Made by a program: the position numbers and the translations under genes. A DNA stretch of 64,000 nt from Phoronis australis (Eukaryota; Animalia; Phoronida), in the NCBI GenBank assembly GCA_002633005.1, contig NMRA01000258.1, forward strand, positions 202,060-266,059, given 5' to 3'. This document shows positions 50,790 to 62,046 of this stretch, piece after piece. The notes beneath the pieces were generated by a model, which saw only the letters and a list, made by a program, of their open reading frames with translations, was not told where the DNA came from and ran no database searches. Position 1 is the stretch's first letter, and the number at the start of each line of letters is the position of its first letter.

Positions 50790-51410
50790 AATTATGTCCA
50801 TTTGACTGTATTAAGCTTGCTTGACCAGTGTCCATTACAGCACTGTGAGACTCCTGAGTGAGAACTGAAGCCAGTTCACCCATGTTAGTCCATTCAATGT
50901 ACATTTGACTGTACTTTGCTGGCTTGACCAGTGTCCATTACAGCACTCTGCGACTCCTGAGTGAGAACTACTGAAGCCACTTCACCCTTGCTATTAATCC
51001 ATTCAAAGTACATTAGACGATTTTTAGTTTGCTTGACCAGTGTCCATTACGCCAAACTCCGAAGTGACAGCTAAAGCCAGTTCTTCAACATCAAACAGTT
51101 CCATGTCCATTTGATTGTATATTGTTTGCTTGACCAGAGTCCATTACAGAGGACTCCTGAGTGAGAGTTGAAGCCAGTTTACCCATATCAAGCCATTCAA
51201 TGTCCACTATGACTGTACTTAGTTTGCTTGACCAGTGTCCACTACAGCGGACTCCTGAGTGAGAGTTGAAGCCAGTTTACCCACATCAATCCATTCAATG
51301 TCCACTATGACTGAACTTAGCTTGACCAGTGTCCATTACAGCGGACTCCTCAGTCGAGAGCTGAAGCAAGTACACTCATATCTACCCGTTCAATGTCCAT
51401 TTGAGTGTGT
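50790..51410. repeat. About 98-bp tandem repeat (about 6.5 copies) overlapping the ZNF511 stop codon and 3' UTR
   Basis: gcttgaccag(t/a)gtcc recurs at about 50819, 50921, 51030, 51128, 51226 and 51320. Confidence 0.9.
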
Positions 51411-51512
51411 CTTGTTTGCTGAACTTGATGCCAGTCTTTGCGCTTTTTCTTGCCGCGAGGACGGTGGAACCCTCGGGTAGCGCCTTGCCCAAAGCATATT
51501 GTTGTCGGTACC
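51350..51512 (-). CDS. ZNF511: ZNF511 last exon
   Basis: cattcag acceptor; VPTTICFGQGATRGFHRPRGKKKRKDW...VLASALD*. Confidence 0.88.
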
Positions 51513-51927
51513 CTGAATGTATCAAGCTACATTGTTACAAACAGTCATTCCATAAACTTCTCCGACTCCCAAGACAAAGAACATGTTTAAGCCTCCCGTA
51601 TCATGGAATAAAAACAAAGACAGTACTCACACAGTGGTGAAAAACTACAGCCTGTTTTAATTGCAACTTACTACGTATCACATAATTGTCAACTTCAATT
51701 CGAAGAATCAGACAACCTAATAATAAGAAACCCAGCAGGTCACAGTGTATCCCAAAAACTACACCAATTAAGATTCCCCAACATTTACAAATATTTTGTT
51801 GAACTGGTGACACTGAAGTGTCGCACGGATGTCAGCACGGCCAGTAACATAGCGAATCGAATCGAATCGCAATTCAATTGTACCGATTCGTCTCCCAAAC
51901 ATCCAGGCGTCTTCAACAAAATATTAT

Positions 51928-52120
51928 TTGTGAATAATTGCAATTCAGAAGTGTCCTATATGTGAATAATTGCACTTCAGAAGTGTCCTATTTGAGAATA
52001 ATTGCACTTCAGAAGTGTCCTATTTGTGAATAATTGCACTTCAGAAGTGTCCTATTTGTGAACAATTGCACTTCAGAAGTGTCCTATTTGTGAATAATTG
52101 CACTTCAGAAGTGTCTTATT
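51928..52120. repeat. About 32-bp minisatellite (tgtgaataattgcacttcagaagtgtcctatt) x6
   Basis: Directly visible near-perfect tandem copies in the last ZNF511 intron. Confidence 0.95.
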
Positions 52121-52367
52121 CAAACCTCGTTATCTATGTAGAATCTAAAGTAGCAGAGAATAGTTAATTACTAGCGATATATCGGAAATGAAAAGTAAAG
52201 TACACGATAATATATCAAAACTTTTTGACAGAAAGATGGATTACCACAAACGGCCGGGGTTGTCTTCAGTGTGTTATGTTAGACCCATATACAGTAGGGC
52301 TAACTGAACCCACCTCGGGCACCACTGACCACACTTCAAACAACTCTTACTAATGGTAATGGCTTAC

Positions 52368-52424
52368 TTATATGAAAACTTTCTTGGCACTCCTGTGTCC
52401 ATTGGTTCCTCAAGTTTTGCATTG
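52368..52424 (-). CDS. ZNF511: ZNF511 57-nt exon
   Basis: ttgcag acceptor and GTAAGC donor, phase 2-2; NAKLEEPMDTGVPRKFSY. Confidence 0.7.
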
Positions 52425-53389
52425 CTGCAACACAAAGTCAACATAATACTACAGTTGAACGTTACTCATTAACCCTTAAATTCAGTTAATCAACCCAAAA
52501 AGCAGTTTTAATGTTTAATATAACTGAAACAAAAAAATTCTGAATTCAAACGCACAGGTCTGCCCAAGAGCAAGAGAATTGTGGAATATGCAACACTGGC
52601 CAAATTGAAAATGAGATTAATTGTATGTGACACTGTCCTGTCCTAGTGATGTGCTCCAAAGTTTGATGACAAATAGGACAATTGACAGATGATGACAAAG
52701 CAGTTAGATTATTTCAAAGTTTCGATCTTTGTGAAATAAAAAGCCTGGTGCTCTACATTTCTAGAGCAACAGTGCTAAGAGCTGAATTTTTATCATTGTA
52801 AAGATGTAAATGTAAACTGTATTATGAGGTCAAGGCTTACATACAATAAACATTTCCGATTATGATTTTGATTTAAACACGAATAACTTTCTTATAGCAG
52901 ACGTCAAAATACATCAGAATAAGTTTCACAACTGTCTATATCACGATAGGGCGCGTCAGTTTCTTGACGTCACAGAAAAGGCATTTCTACCATACTCATC
53001 CAGTTGAGTCATGTTTTGACATGATTTTTGGTTTTGAGACTACTTCGGTGCGCTGAATAAGTAATGAATTCATTTTTGCAATATATTTGGCAATAGTCTG
53101 ATACAACATGCCCGCATTTTGAGAACCAGTTTGATGCCTGTTATTTAGTGGGGAAAACTGGTTCTCTAAATTTGGGCACGTTATATCAGACCATTACCAT
53201 ATATTCTATATACATGTCTAAAAATTTGGTTCAACATATAGACGACACAAGAGAGAACACACATGTAGCTATAACAAAACAACCTCTATTAATATGAACA
53301 AATTAGTTACAAAACTGAAGTACAAGTAGCAATATCCATAATCTATATGATGAACTAAAAGTGCCATTATAAGAAATTTGGAGTAATAC

Positions 53390-53514
53390 CTTTTGTGCGT
53401 TCGATTTCTATGAAACCTGAAAGACGATGGGTACTTGTGTATAGTGATCAGGTGATCTTTTCTTTCTTTGACATTGGAGAAAGTCTCTGTGCATTCTTCA
53501 ACCAAGCACTGATA
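53390..53514 (-). CDS. ZNF511: ZNF511 exon (third C2H2 finger)
   Basis: ttttag acceptor and GTATTA donor; YQCLVEECTETFSNVKERKDHLITIHKYPSSFRF. Confidence 0.92.
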
Positions 53515-54153
53515 CTAAAATTAGAATGAATAGAGTACAAAAAATCTGTCAACAAGTGACTTATGCACTAATGACGTACCTTGGAGGCTCACACAGTGTT
53601 ATTCCCCAACGCCACGTCACGATACTTACTGGACACGATTGAGTGATTTACGGAGGACCATTTCCAGTACAAAACTCATTCTTAAAAACATTTGGCAATT
53701 TTCAACCTACTTCATATTCACGTCATCGCTATGTTGCGTCTCTAACTAATTTGACCAAACAATCACAGAGATAAGGAATTAGCGTGCAACTTCCCCCATA
53801 AAAATGTGAAGCAAATTGGTATGCAATCAAGGGGAGTTCTGCATAGACAGTTGAATGTGACTGAGGCCGGGACATACCATAAATTACGAGAAAAGACATC
53901 TCTTTCGTCTTTGTAAAGGGAAATTTATAGAGTTAGAACGCAAAAACCTAGCAATATGGAAACAGCCAGAATGTTTCATAATACCGCATATTGTGACAGT
54001 TTCTAGAAATCGTTCCAAAAAACAAGAAGAATTGCCAAGTCCATTTCTAATTAACGACCTAATAGTCGAGAAACCACATATTTTCCAACCAAGAAGTTCT
54101 CCACTAAATTTCAAATTGGCATTGCCTCCCCAGAACCTAGCGACCCCCGTTAC

Positions 54154-54295
54154 CATTTTGTGTTTGTCAGCCATAAGTTGAAACATAATGTCGTGCCACT
54201 CCAGAATATGGATATCCAACAGATGATTGGATGGGAACTTTCGATGACACTCCATACACATATGCCTGTGGTTCGTGTTATAGTGGGCCTCATAA
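54154..54295 (-). CDS. ZNF511: ZNF511 exon (C2H2 fingers 1-2)
   Basis: tttcag acceptor and GTAACG donor; YEAHYNTNHRHMCMECHRKFPSNHLLDIHILEWHDIMFQLM. Confidence 0.92.
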
Positions 54296-54834
54296 CTGAA
54301 ATGGACAAGTTACACGCTGCAGTTTATACTTTCCATCAGACACTGGCACTGTGAAATGAGTATCCCAACTGACTGATCAGCCAGTCAGGATACAATGGTG
54401 TTGTTATCAGTTTGACAGTGGAAAACCAATGTGTACACAGTCCAGCTCTCTTATTGTCTGCTTTCATCTGATAAGCTTATGTAATCCAGCAATTATGTTG
54501 AAAACAGTTCACCTGATGCTAATAATATTTAAAAATACTATTTGCAAATGACTTTCAACAAATGTCATGAGGCAGATGCACTTTGTAAGAAATACTTTCA
54601 CCAAAAAACTTCGAATGGAGAAAAAAAGGTTGACTTTCAGAGAAATTAGGCTTAACTTTCACCTATTGATTCCTATTTGTGTGACTGTAAGCTCTAACCA
54701 GCTTAACACAGTATTGTGTACCAACACAAAAGGCTTGCTGGATACAGCAGGATTCTAGGTTAGATGGTGATAGTGGAAATTTCTTGATTTTTACACTCCA
54801 GAAGAATGGCACGTAATGCTGCAAAGCAACTTAC

Positions 54835-54894
54835 TTGTAGACAGAAGAAAAAGTTTGATTACAGCCAGACACATTGCACGGAAATTCCTCAAAC
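54835..54894 (-). CDS. ZNF511: ZNF511 exon (start of finger 1)
   Basis: ttacag acceptor and GTAAGT donor, 60 nt; FEEFPCNVSGCNQTFSSVY. Confidence 0.88.
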
Positions 54895-55499
54895 CTGTAA
54901 GTTGAACAAAGGCAGACATGTAAATAAGAGTGGCATTGTGTGTGGTTTTAAATGGATCCTAACTTAAGTACTTGGAGAATTTCCATTATTTGTACTAAGC
55001 AACTGAGAGATGATAATTGTTTGTACAGAAAACGATGTTATCAGCAGTTATTTCACTTAAGAAAATTTCCTAGCAATGGCAAGCTAACCCAGGCTACAGG
55101 ATCGGGTCTTTCCTTTCGCTAAAAACCTTGAATACTCAATTTCAAAGTTGTACCACAAACATCACATAAAGTAATGATGGGGATATTTTTCTGTAGGCAC
55201 AGTTATCTGGATGACCGAAATTTGATTCTACGGCAGCTGCAAAAGGACAGCAGATAAGTTTTTTAACTTTATTGATAGACTTGAAAGCAAATTTCGAGAT
55301 CTTTGGGCGACTGAGTATGTAATATAAAACGACTGTTTAGCTAGATCCTTTTTTGAAACAAATCAATTTGTCAAAATTCAAACTTTCCTAAAAATGGCAA
55401 TCGATGACACAGGAATTCACATTCATTTTATCCTGTGCACTGTATTGAAAAACTGCCATCTTTGTTTTGAAGTCCTCAGGTCCATCTTCAGTTCCTGCC

Positions 55500-58400
55500 T
55501 TTGAAGTCGCGTTTGCGACCTGAAATTTGGAAATGCGAGCTGAGATTTTTCAGCATGTATCAAGTTGCAAAATGTGACCTGGAATTTCCAAAGTCTGCGA
55601 GCTGAGTTTTTACACTTCTTGGCAGATAAGTGACAAATATAAAGCAACTCGTTTGAATCTGACCGTGATTTGGTTGTTGCGAGAGCAGCCCTCCTGATGA
55701 CTTGTAAGCATATCGTGTGAACATGAGATAATGCAGAATCGAACCTTGACGCGTTTCATTGGCTAACATTTTCAGCTACTTTTGCAAGTTTCCGAATGCG
55801 CCCAAGAAAGTTTCATACCACGGCATAACACATGATAAAACGTCACAAAACAGCGGTCTTTTACTAATTGTTTAACAATCAATTTGCCAAACGTTGTGGT
55901 AGAAAAACGTATTTATTTTTCACGTAAGGTGTGACGTTATTATCAAATATCCGCGACAGTATCACTGATATCAGACTACGGCACTGGTCAGTCCCATTGT
56001 TAGCACAAGCGGTGGCAGATTATCATGACATGGAAATATGCGTCTCGTTTTTTATCGCAAGACAGTAAACGTGAAAATGGCAGCCTTATTAATCCCCAAA
56101 AGATGGCAACATGTCTACTTTCATCAAAGTTGCTTTTGAGTCACCAAGAAATTTTCAAACCCTTTACTTGTTGCTGGGGCTACGTGTGCGACATATGAGT
56201 AGTCTGTCACATGTTGTTGCCTAAGTAAAATGTGATTCAAGTGCTTAAACTCACAAGTGCGCACTACTACAAAGCTGCACATCAAAAGATAACAGCGACA
56301 GTCCAAAAACCGGCTTGGCTCTGCTCAGCACCCGGGCAATGAACCTCAGGGCTCGACGCTATTCAAATCGCCAGATCGCATTTTGCAACCTAGCCAAAAT
56401 CCTTGGTCGCATTTTCAAAATCCAGCCCGCATTCATAAATGCCAGGTCGCAAAAATTTCTCGCCATTTTTACGCTCCAAAATCGATTTTTAGATTATCGA
56501 GAAAATGTTTAGATTATGCTCTTACCTGCAGCGTTAAATACTGACAAATTTCAGATCGCAAAATTGAGTTCGTTCATGCAGGTACGGTATTACTGTTCCT
56601 CACGACGGCCATTGAAAGGCCCTCAAGCGCAAGGCAAGTTGCCGACGTGAAAGTTGAATCAGTGCTCCCTAACTAACACGTGCATTCGAGTAGATACGTT
56701 TGCGATGTGAAAAGGGAGAAAATGCCAGTTGAAAAAGTATCCGCGATTTTGCTAGGTCTGACCTGCTGCAGGCTGTCATCAAAGTCGTTAAAGATCCAAA
56801 CTAACTCGGAGTGCAAATTCCCTCCACTTTTTGTCCGCAACCCAAATTTTGCAACTTAACTCGACGTTTGAAAAACATTTGACAAAAAAGAACGTGAAAC
56901 GATGCCCTAACCGAATGACGTATTTGGATGCGCAGGAACAATTCAATGCAAATTTCATAACAAAAATGTGGTACTTATGCTGTTCTCAACAATTCGTTTT
57001 CTATGAAATGAATAGCCTCGAAATAATTCCCGAGTGCGTGCGGGATTCCATCGCGTAATTCGAGTTTGCTCCTCAATACCTTCCAAGTATGGGGAAAATA
57101 GGTCAGTCACGAAACGACACGCATGCCACTAGTGTTAAGTTTCTTTGGCAGGTATGAAACAAAGCCGGGATTTGGTTTTTACATATTGAGAAAAGATGTT
57201 TTCGAAAACTGAATTTGTTGTANNNNNNNNNNNNNNNNNNNNNNNNNNNNNNNNNNNNNNNNNNNNNNNNNNNNNNNNNNNNNNNNNNNNNNNNNNNNNN
57301 NNNNNNNNNNNNNNNNNNNNNNNNNNNNNNNNNNNNNNNNNNNNNNNNNNNNNNNNNNNNNNNNNNNNNNNNNNNNNNNNNNNNNNNNNNNNNNNNNNNN
57401 NNNNNNNNNNNNNNNNNNNNNNNNNNNNNNNNNNNNNNNNNNNNNNNNNNNNNNNNNNNNNNNNNNNNNNNNNNNNNNNNNNNNNNNNNNNNNNNNNNNN
57501 NNNNNNNNNNNNNNNNNNNNNNNNNNNNNNNNNNNNNNNNNNNNNNNNNNNNNNNNNNNNNNNNNNNNNNNNNNNNNNNNNNNNNNNNNNNNNNNNNNNN
57601 NNNNNNNNNNNNNNNNNNNNNNNNNNNNNNNNNNNNNNNNNNNNNNNNNNNNNNNNNGGGGGGCCATGTCCCCCCTAAAACTCTCCCAGATTCCATTTGG
57701 CAGTTCGGAGGTGCGCCTTCTGACGGGCAAAATCCTGGCTAATACTCTGCCCTGGCCTCCCCCCTAAATAAAAATCCTGGATCCGCCCCTGACTTAGGCT
57801 GTCATAGGCAATAAAAAACGAGACGCACATCTCTAAGTCACGATTTTCTGCCGGGACCGCTTGCGCGCTAACAACGGGACCGAACAGTGCCGCAGTGCCG
57901 GCAATATCAGGGATGTTGTCGTGGATATTTGGTACATGTAATAAGGGCATCTTACGCAAAAAATAAACACATTTGTCCACCACAAAGTTTGATAAGTTGA
58001 TCGCTTAAGAATTAGTGGAAACACCGCCGTGTTGTGACATTTTATCACGTGTTATGCAGTGGCCCGAAACTTTCCGGCCCGAATCCGGAAACTTGCAAAA
58101 GTTGCCGAAAGTGTTAGCACATGAAATGCGTCAAAGATCGATTCTGCATATCCCATGTTCACGCGACTTGCTGACATGTACAAGTCATCGGGAGGGCTGT
58201 TCTTTTGAATTTGGATTTGGAAACAACCAAATAACGGTCGGATTAACAAGAGTTGCTTTACATTTGCCAGGCGTGCGTTCAGTAGACGCTAGAACCTAGT
58301 TAAAACCTAGTCAAAGTCACGTGTTCTAATTTAAAATGCACGGCAATATCTCACGTAAACTCGCGAAGTCTAACTTTTTAGCGAGGTCCTAGTGTTACTG

Positions 58401-61176
58401 AATGGGAGGCACGTTTCTTCCGAGAAGTGTAAAAACTCAGCTCGCATACGTTGGAAATTCCAGGTCGCATTTAGCGACTTGATACGAGCTGACAAAAATC
58501 TCAGCTCGCATTTCCAAATTTAAGGTCGCAAATGCGACCTGCAGCTCGTTATGTCGAGCCCTGAACCTAACAGATTCCCGGCGGTTATAAAAGACCGGAT
58601 GCTTTACAATATTCCCCGGGACCGATGTAACCCAATACTGATATTTTCCTGTTCCGATGTTTCACTGGGTCGATGTTCCCTAGGCTTGATGTTCTATTGC
58701 CGTAGCCAGTTATTGCAACAAAACCATTCTCAATACATTTTATGTCAGTTGAATTGAATGCAATCAACCTTGCGTAAACAAGAGAACGTCAGTGTACATA
58801 TGTATTTATCTGATAACGATTCTTTACCCTGCAGTTTTCATGAATTTTTAATGACGATTCTTGAAACGAGTGTAATCTGAAATGCGACTGTTGTAATGTC
58901 AGTTGAAATAAATGTAACCAACCTTGCATGTTTTTATTGGATAATGATTCTTTACTCTTCATTGAGAACAACAATGTCGAGGCATAGTTTTCCAACCATT
59001 TTTTCATGATTATTCCTGGAAAGAACGCAAACTGACACGCTACGGCACTCAGTAACAGTAACATAGAATGTGCATTTGAAAACTGCACTCGTCAGATGTT
59101 GTCACTCAACAGGAAATGTTTGTATGCATTTATAGATAACTTTTATTCACCGTTACTATGGAAATAAGAAAGAGCGTGATCTAGTTTTTGAAATCAGGCA
59201 CATTGTCGTGTTTCTCATTATCGGGAAGGCGCATCCACCGGTATTTGTTCAGTTTATAGAACTTTTTCATGCCGGTGTTGCAGCCCACAACACAACATTT
59301 AATACTTCGTTAGTATAGGAAGAATGAATAGAGTAATGCAACCGAGAAAAACTTGTTAAGAATCAGACAACAACAACTAACATGTGAAACTCCAGTGGCT
59401 CGAAAACGAGGCAGCAAATATGCCTGATGAATGTTTACGGCAGCGAGAATCGAGTGTCGCTGTGTAATCTGGGGCGGCCCCATTGCCATGAATCTCAAGT
59501 ATATAGTACTAACTGTATGGTTTTAATTCTACCAGTTATGTGTCCTTCGACTGTACAGTTAATGGTGGAAAGCGGCCGAAAAACATGCTATAAACTTCAG
59601 CACTTGCATTATACTCAAATAAACCCCGGCATAAATCCTGAAGGTTACTGGTGTGATACAGTGACTTCTTCAGTTCTGACAGTGGCGTTATGTTGAACTC
59701 GGGAGACGATTTGTGTGCGTTAAAATATTGCCCTTCCTTATCCGTAGGATTCACAAAAAATTGTAGGTGATACTCAAACATTAAACTAAGACCGTGAGTT
59801 ATTTTTAGAAATGACATTGCTTGATAGAACTCTTGTCGGCCGTCCCGCTGGTTTCCAGCTGTAGCGCAGCTTAGAAGTCTCTAAAAAATGTTACTCACTA
59901 GACAGCTACTTGGAAATTTGAACACACATCTTAGCGGAGTACAGGGATTTCATCGCTTACTTCTCTCCGAGCCAGTTCTAAATGTCTTCTTGTCTTTTAC
60001 GCTGGCATTTCCTCCACGGTAATTCTATGTTTCAAACACTCATTGATGCCTTGCTATGCGAGGTGACCTAATTTTAAAAGCACAGCCTCGTTATGGTCAG
60101 GTGACACAACTCGTTTCACTGACTCCGGCAAGTGTGCAAAGAAGCCCATTAATTGGTCCAGTCTCATAAACTTTACGTAAGCGGTGGCAGATTTAGGGGG
60201 GAGGGGGCCATGCCCCCCCTAAAATTCTCCCAGATACCATTTGGCAGCTTGGGAGTTGGAATGTCTGCCCTGCCCCCTCCCCAACTCAAAATCCTGGATC
60301 CGCCTCTGGACACCCCCCGTAGTTTGAAATTGACACGCAGCCTATTTCATGAGTCATTTTCATTTCACACAACAAATTCAGCTTTCAAAAAAGTCTTTCC
60401 TCAATAGGTAAAATCCAAACCCCGGCTTTGTTTTATACCTCTGAAAGAAAGTTAACACTACTGACTTGCGTATCGTTTTGTGACTAACCTATTTTTCCCA
60501 TACACAGAAGGTATTGAGGAGCAAACTCGAATTACCCGATGGAAATGGCACGGAGTCAGGAATTATTTCGAACCTTTTCGTTTTACGGAAAGTTGCACAT
60601 TTTGTTGTGAAATTTGTCTTTCGGCTAATGCAACCTTTCACGGATTTTTTCGACAGGATTAATTTCCAGCGTTAAGTTGCTAGATCAGTACATGTAAGTT
60701 TATAATGCAAACTGAAAGTGGATTGAGTTTGCGTTCTGTGTTATCTTCAGCGAGTTTAATGACAGTCATCAAAGCAGGTCAGACCTGGCAAAATCGCAGA
60801 TACTTTTTCAACGAGTGTTTTCTCCCTTTGCACATTGCATACTTAGCTACTCGAATGCACATGTCGGTTAGAGAGCACTGATTCCACTTTCACGTCGGCA
60901 ACTAGCCTTGCACACTAGAGCCTTTAAATGGTGGTTGTGAAGAACCGTAAGGCCACACCTGCACGTAAGATCCCAATTTTGCGACCTGAAATTTGTGAGT
61001 ATTTAACGCCGCAGGTAAGAGCATAATCTAAACATTTTCTCCATGATCTAAAAAAAAATCAATTTTGGCACGTAAAACGGCAGGAATTTTTTGGGACCTG
61101 ACACTTATGAATGCGAGCTGAGATTTTGGTTATGTCGCAAAATGGGACTTGGCGATTTTCATAGTGTCGAGCCCTG
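55500..61176 (-). mobile_element. Older, interrupted, opposite-orientation copy of the 56347-58563 hAT-like family
   Basis: 60365-61176 is the reverse complement of about 56347-57220 and ends in TIR GTCGAGCCCTG; 55500-56050 is the reverse complement of about 57820-58545. Confidence 0.7.
56347..58563 (+). mobile_element. Non-autonomous hAT-like element with 5-bp TSD (hAT5-like)
   Basis: AACCT|CAGGGCTCGAC ... GTCGAGCCCTG|AACCT; carries nested MITEs at about 57658-57792 and 58269-58410. Confidence 0.8.
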
Positions 61177-61329
61177 TAGAGTTGTTGCGTGCCTGGCTGT
61201 ACTCATTACCTGGATGTATGCTCGATGGGAGGGGCATTCCATTAATTCCTGAGTGACAATGCACAAAGAGCATGGCTGGGAGATTTGTTACATTGCCGTT
61301 GAATGCATGCCTCATTTGAAGTTTGGTTG

Positions 61330-61520
61330 GAAAACAGGTGTGTGGCAAACACTTCAAGCCCTCTGACTACGACCCAACGTCTTACTGAAGTTAAAGAGAC
61401 AGTGTTGCACTCTTTCTTGGTATAACTCGGTTCGAACTGATAGCCTTCTACAACATTCCAGTGCAGAAAGTTCTCATCATTACTTGGGACTGTATCGGTG
61501 TTGGACTGGTACTCCCATGT
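61330..61520. pseudogene. Third Kolobok remnant (THAP stub +, KolX-like stub -)
   Basis: Plus strand VCGKHFKPSDYD (compare VCGKHFLPSDYE at about 3740); minus strand SNDENF..VEGYQFEPSY (compare SGDEEFF..VGGYMFEPEY at about 3310); TIRs not located. Confidence 0.65.
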
Positions 61521-61912
61521 TTCGATTTCCAACTCGGGCATGCTTACCAAAGCCACCTCGAGTTGGATTTCATACACATTTTACAGTTAATTCCAGGAAC
61601 TCCTAAGAAATACCCTCCACACAACTTGATCAATAAACTGGCGAAAGACTTGAGAAAATGGCAACAAAGACAGTAATTTTTCAACAATTCACTACATAAA
61701 ATGGCGGTGAATTCATGTGACATCGACTTCCAAGTTTCAAGAAAGCTTGGAGTTCGGCTTTTCCAATAAGGTATCCAGTTCAATTCTTATCATTTAATCC
61801 AAATGTCCAAAAAATCGTCCAATTTTCCTATAACAGTGGGTTCATGGACAGAGTTAAGCTATTAAGGCAGTAGTTACTGCGCTATGTTACCTACTACGTT
61901 TAATACGATTAC

Positions 61913-62046
61913 CTGGTGAGCAGATCAGCATGAACCTCTACAGGCACATGCTTTATAACCATGTTACACCTGAGGTTGCCATCTTCAAAAAATACATGGT
62001 CAGGGCCAAACCTCCTCTTGGTATGTTTCCAGGAATTTGCCATCAT
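61913..62046 (-). CDS. ZNF511: ZNF511 first coding exon
   Basis: MMANSWKHTKRRFGPDHVFFEDGNLRCNMVIKH..LLTR with donor AG|GTAATC in phase 2; acceptor tctttcag at 62078 suggests an upstream 5'-UTR exon (candidate donor GTAAGA at about 63867). Confidence 0.82.

Larger units (their letters stand above)
51350..62046 (-). other. ZNF511: Zinc finger protein 511 ortholog; exons 62046-61913, 54894-54835, 54295-54154, 53514-53390, 52424-52368, 51512-51350
   Basis: Phases 2,2,0,2,2 are consistent and the frame is open; characteristic motifs FFEDG, YEAHY...HxC..C.R.FPS.HLLDIHILEWHD..FQ, YQCLVE.C...F.....RKDHL...HKYP..FRF and VPTTICFGQGA.RGF. Confidence 0.9.

Noticed and set aside
57103-57742. ORFs of 160-197 aa (and similar ones at 44323-44680)
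   Set aside because: They consist almost entirely of N-gap translation.
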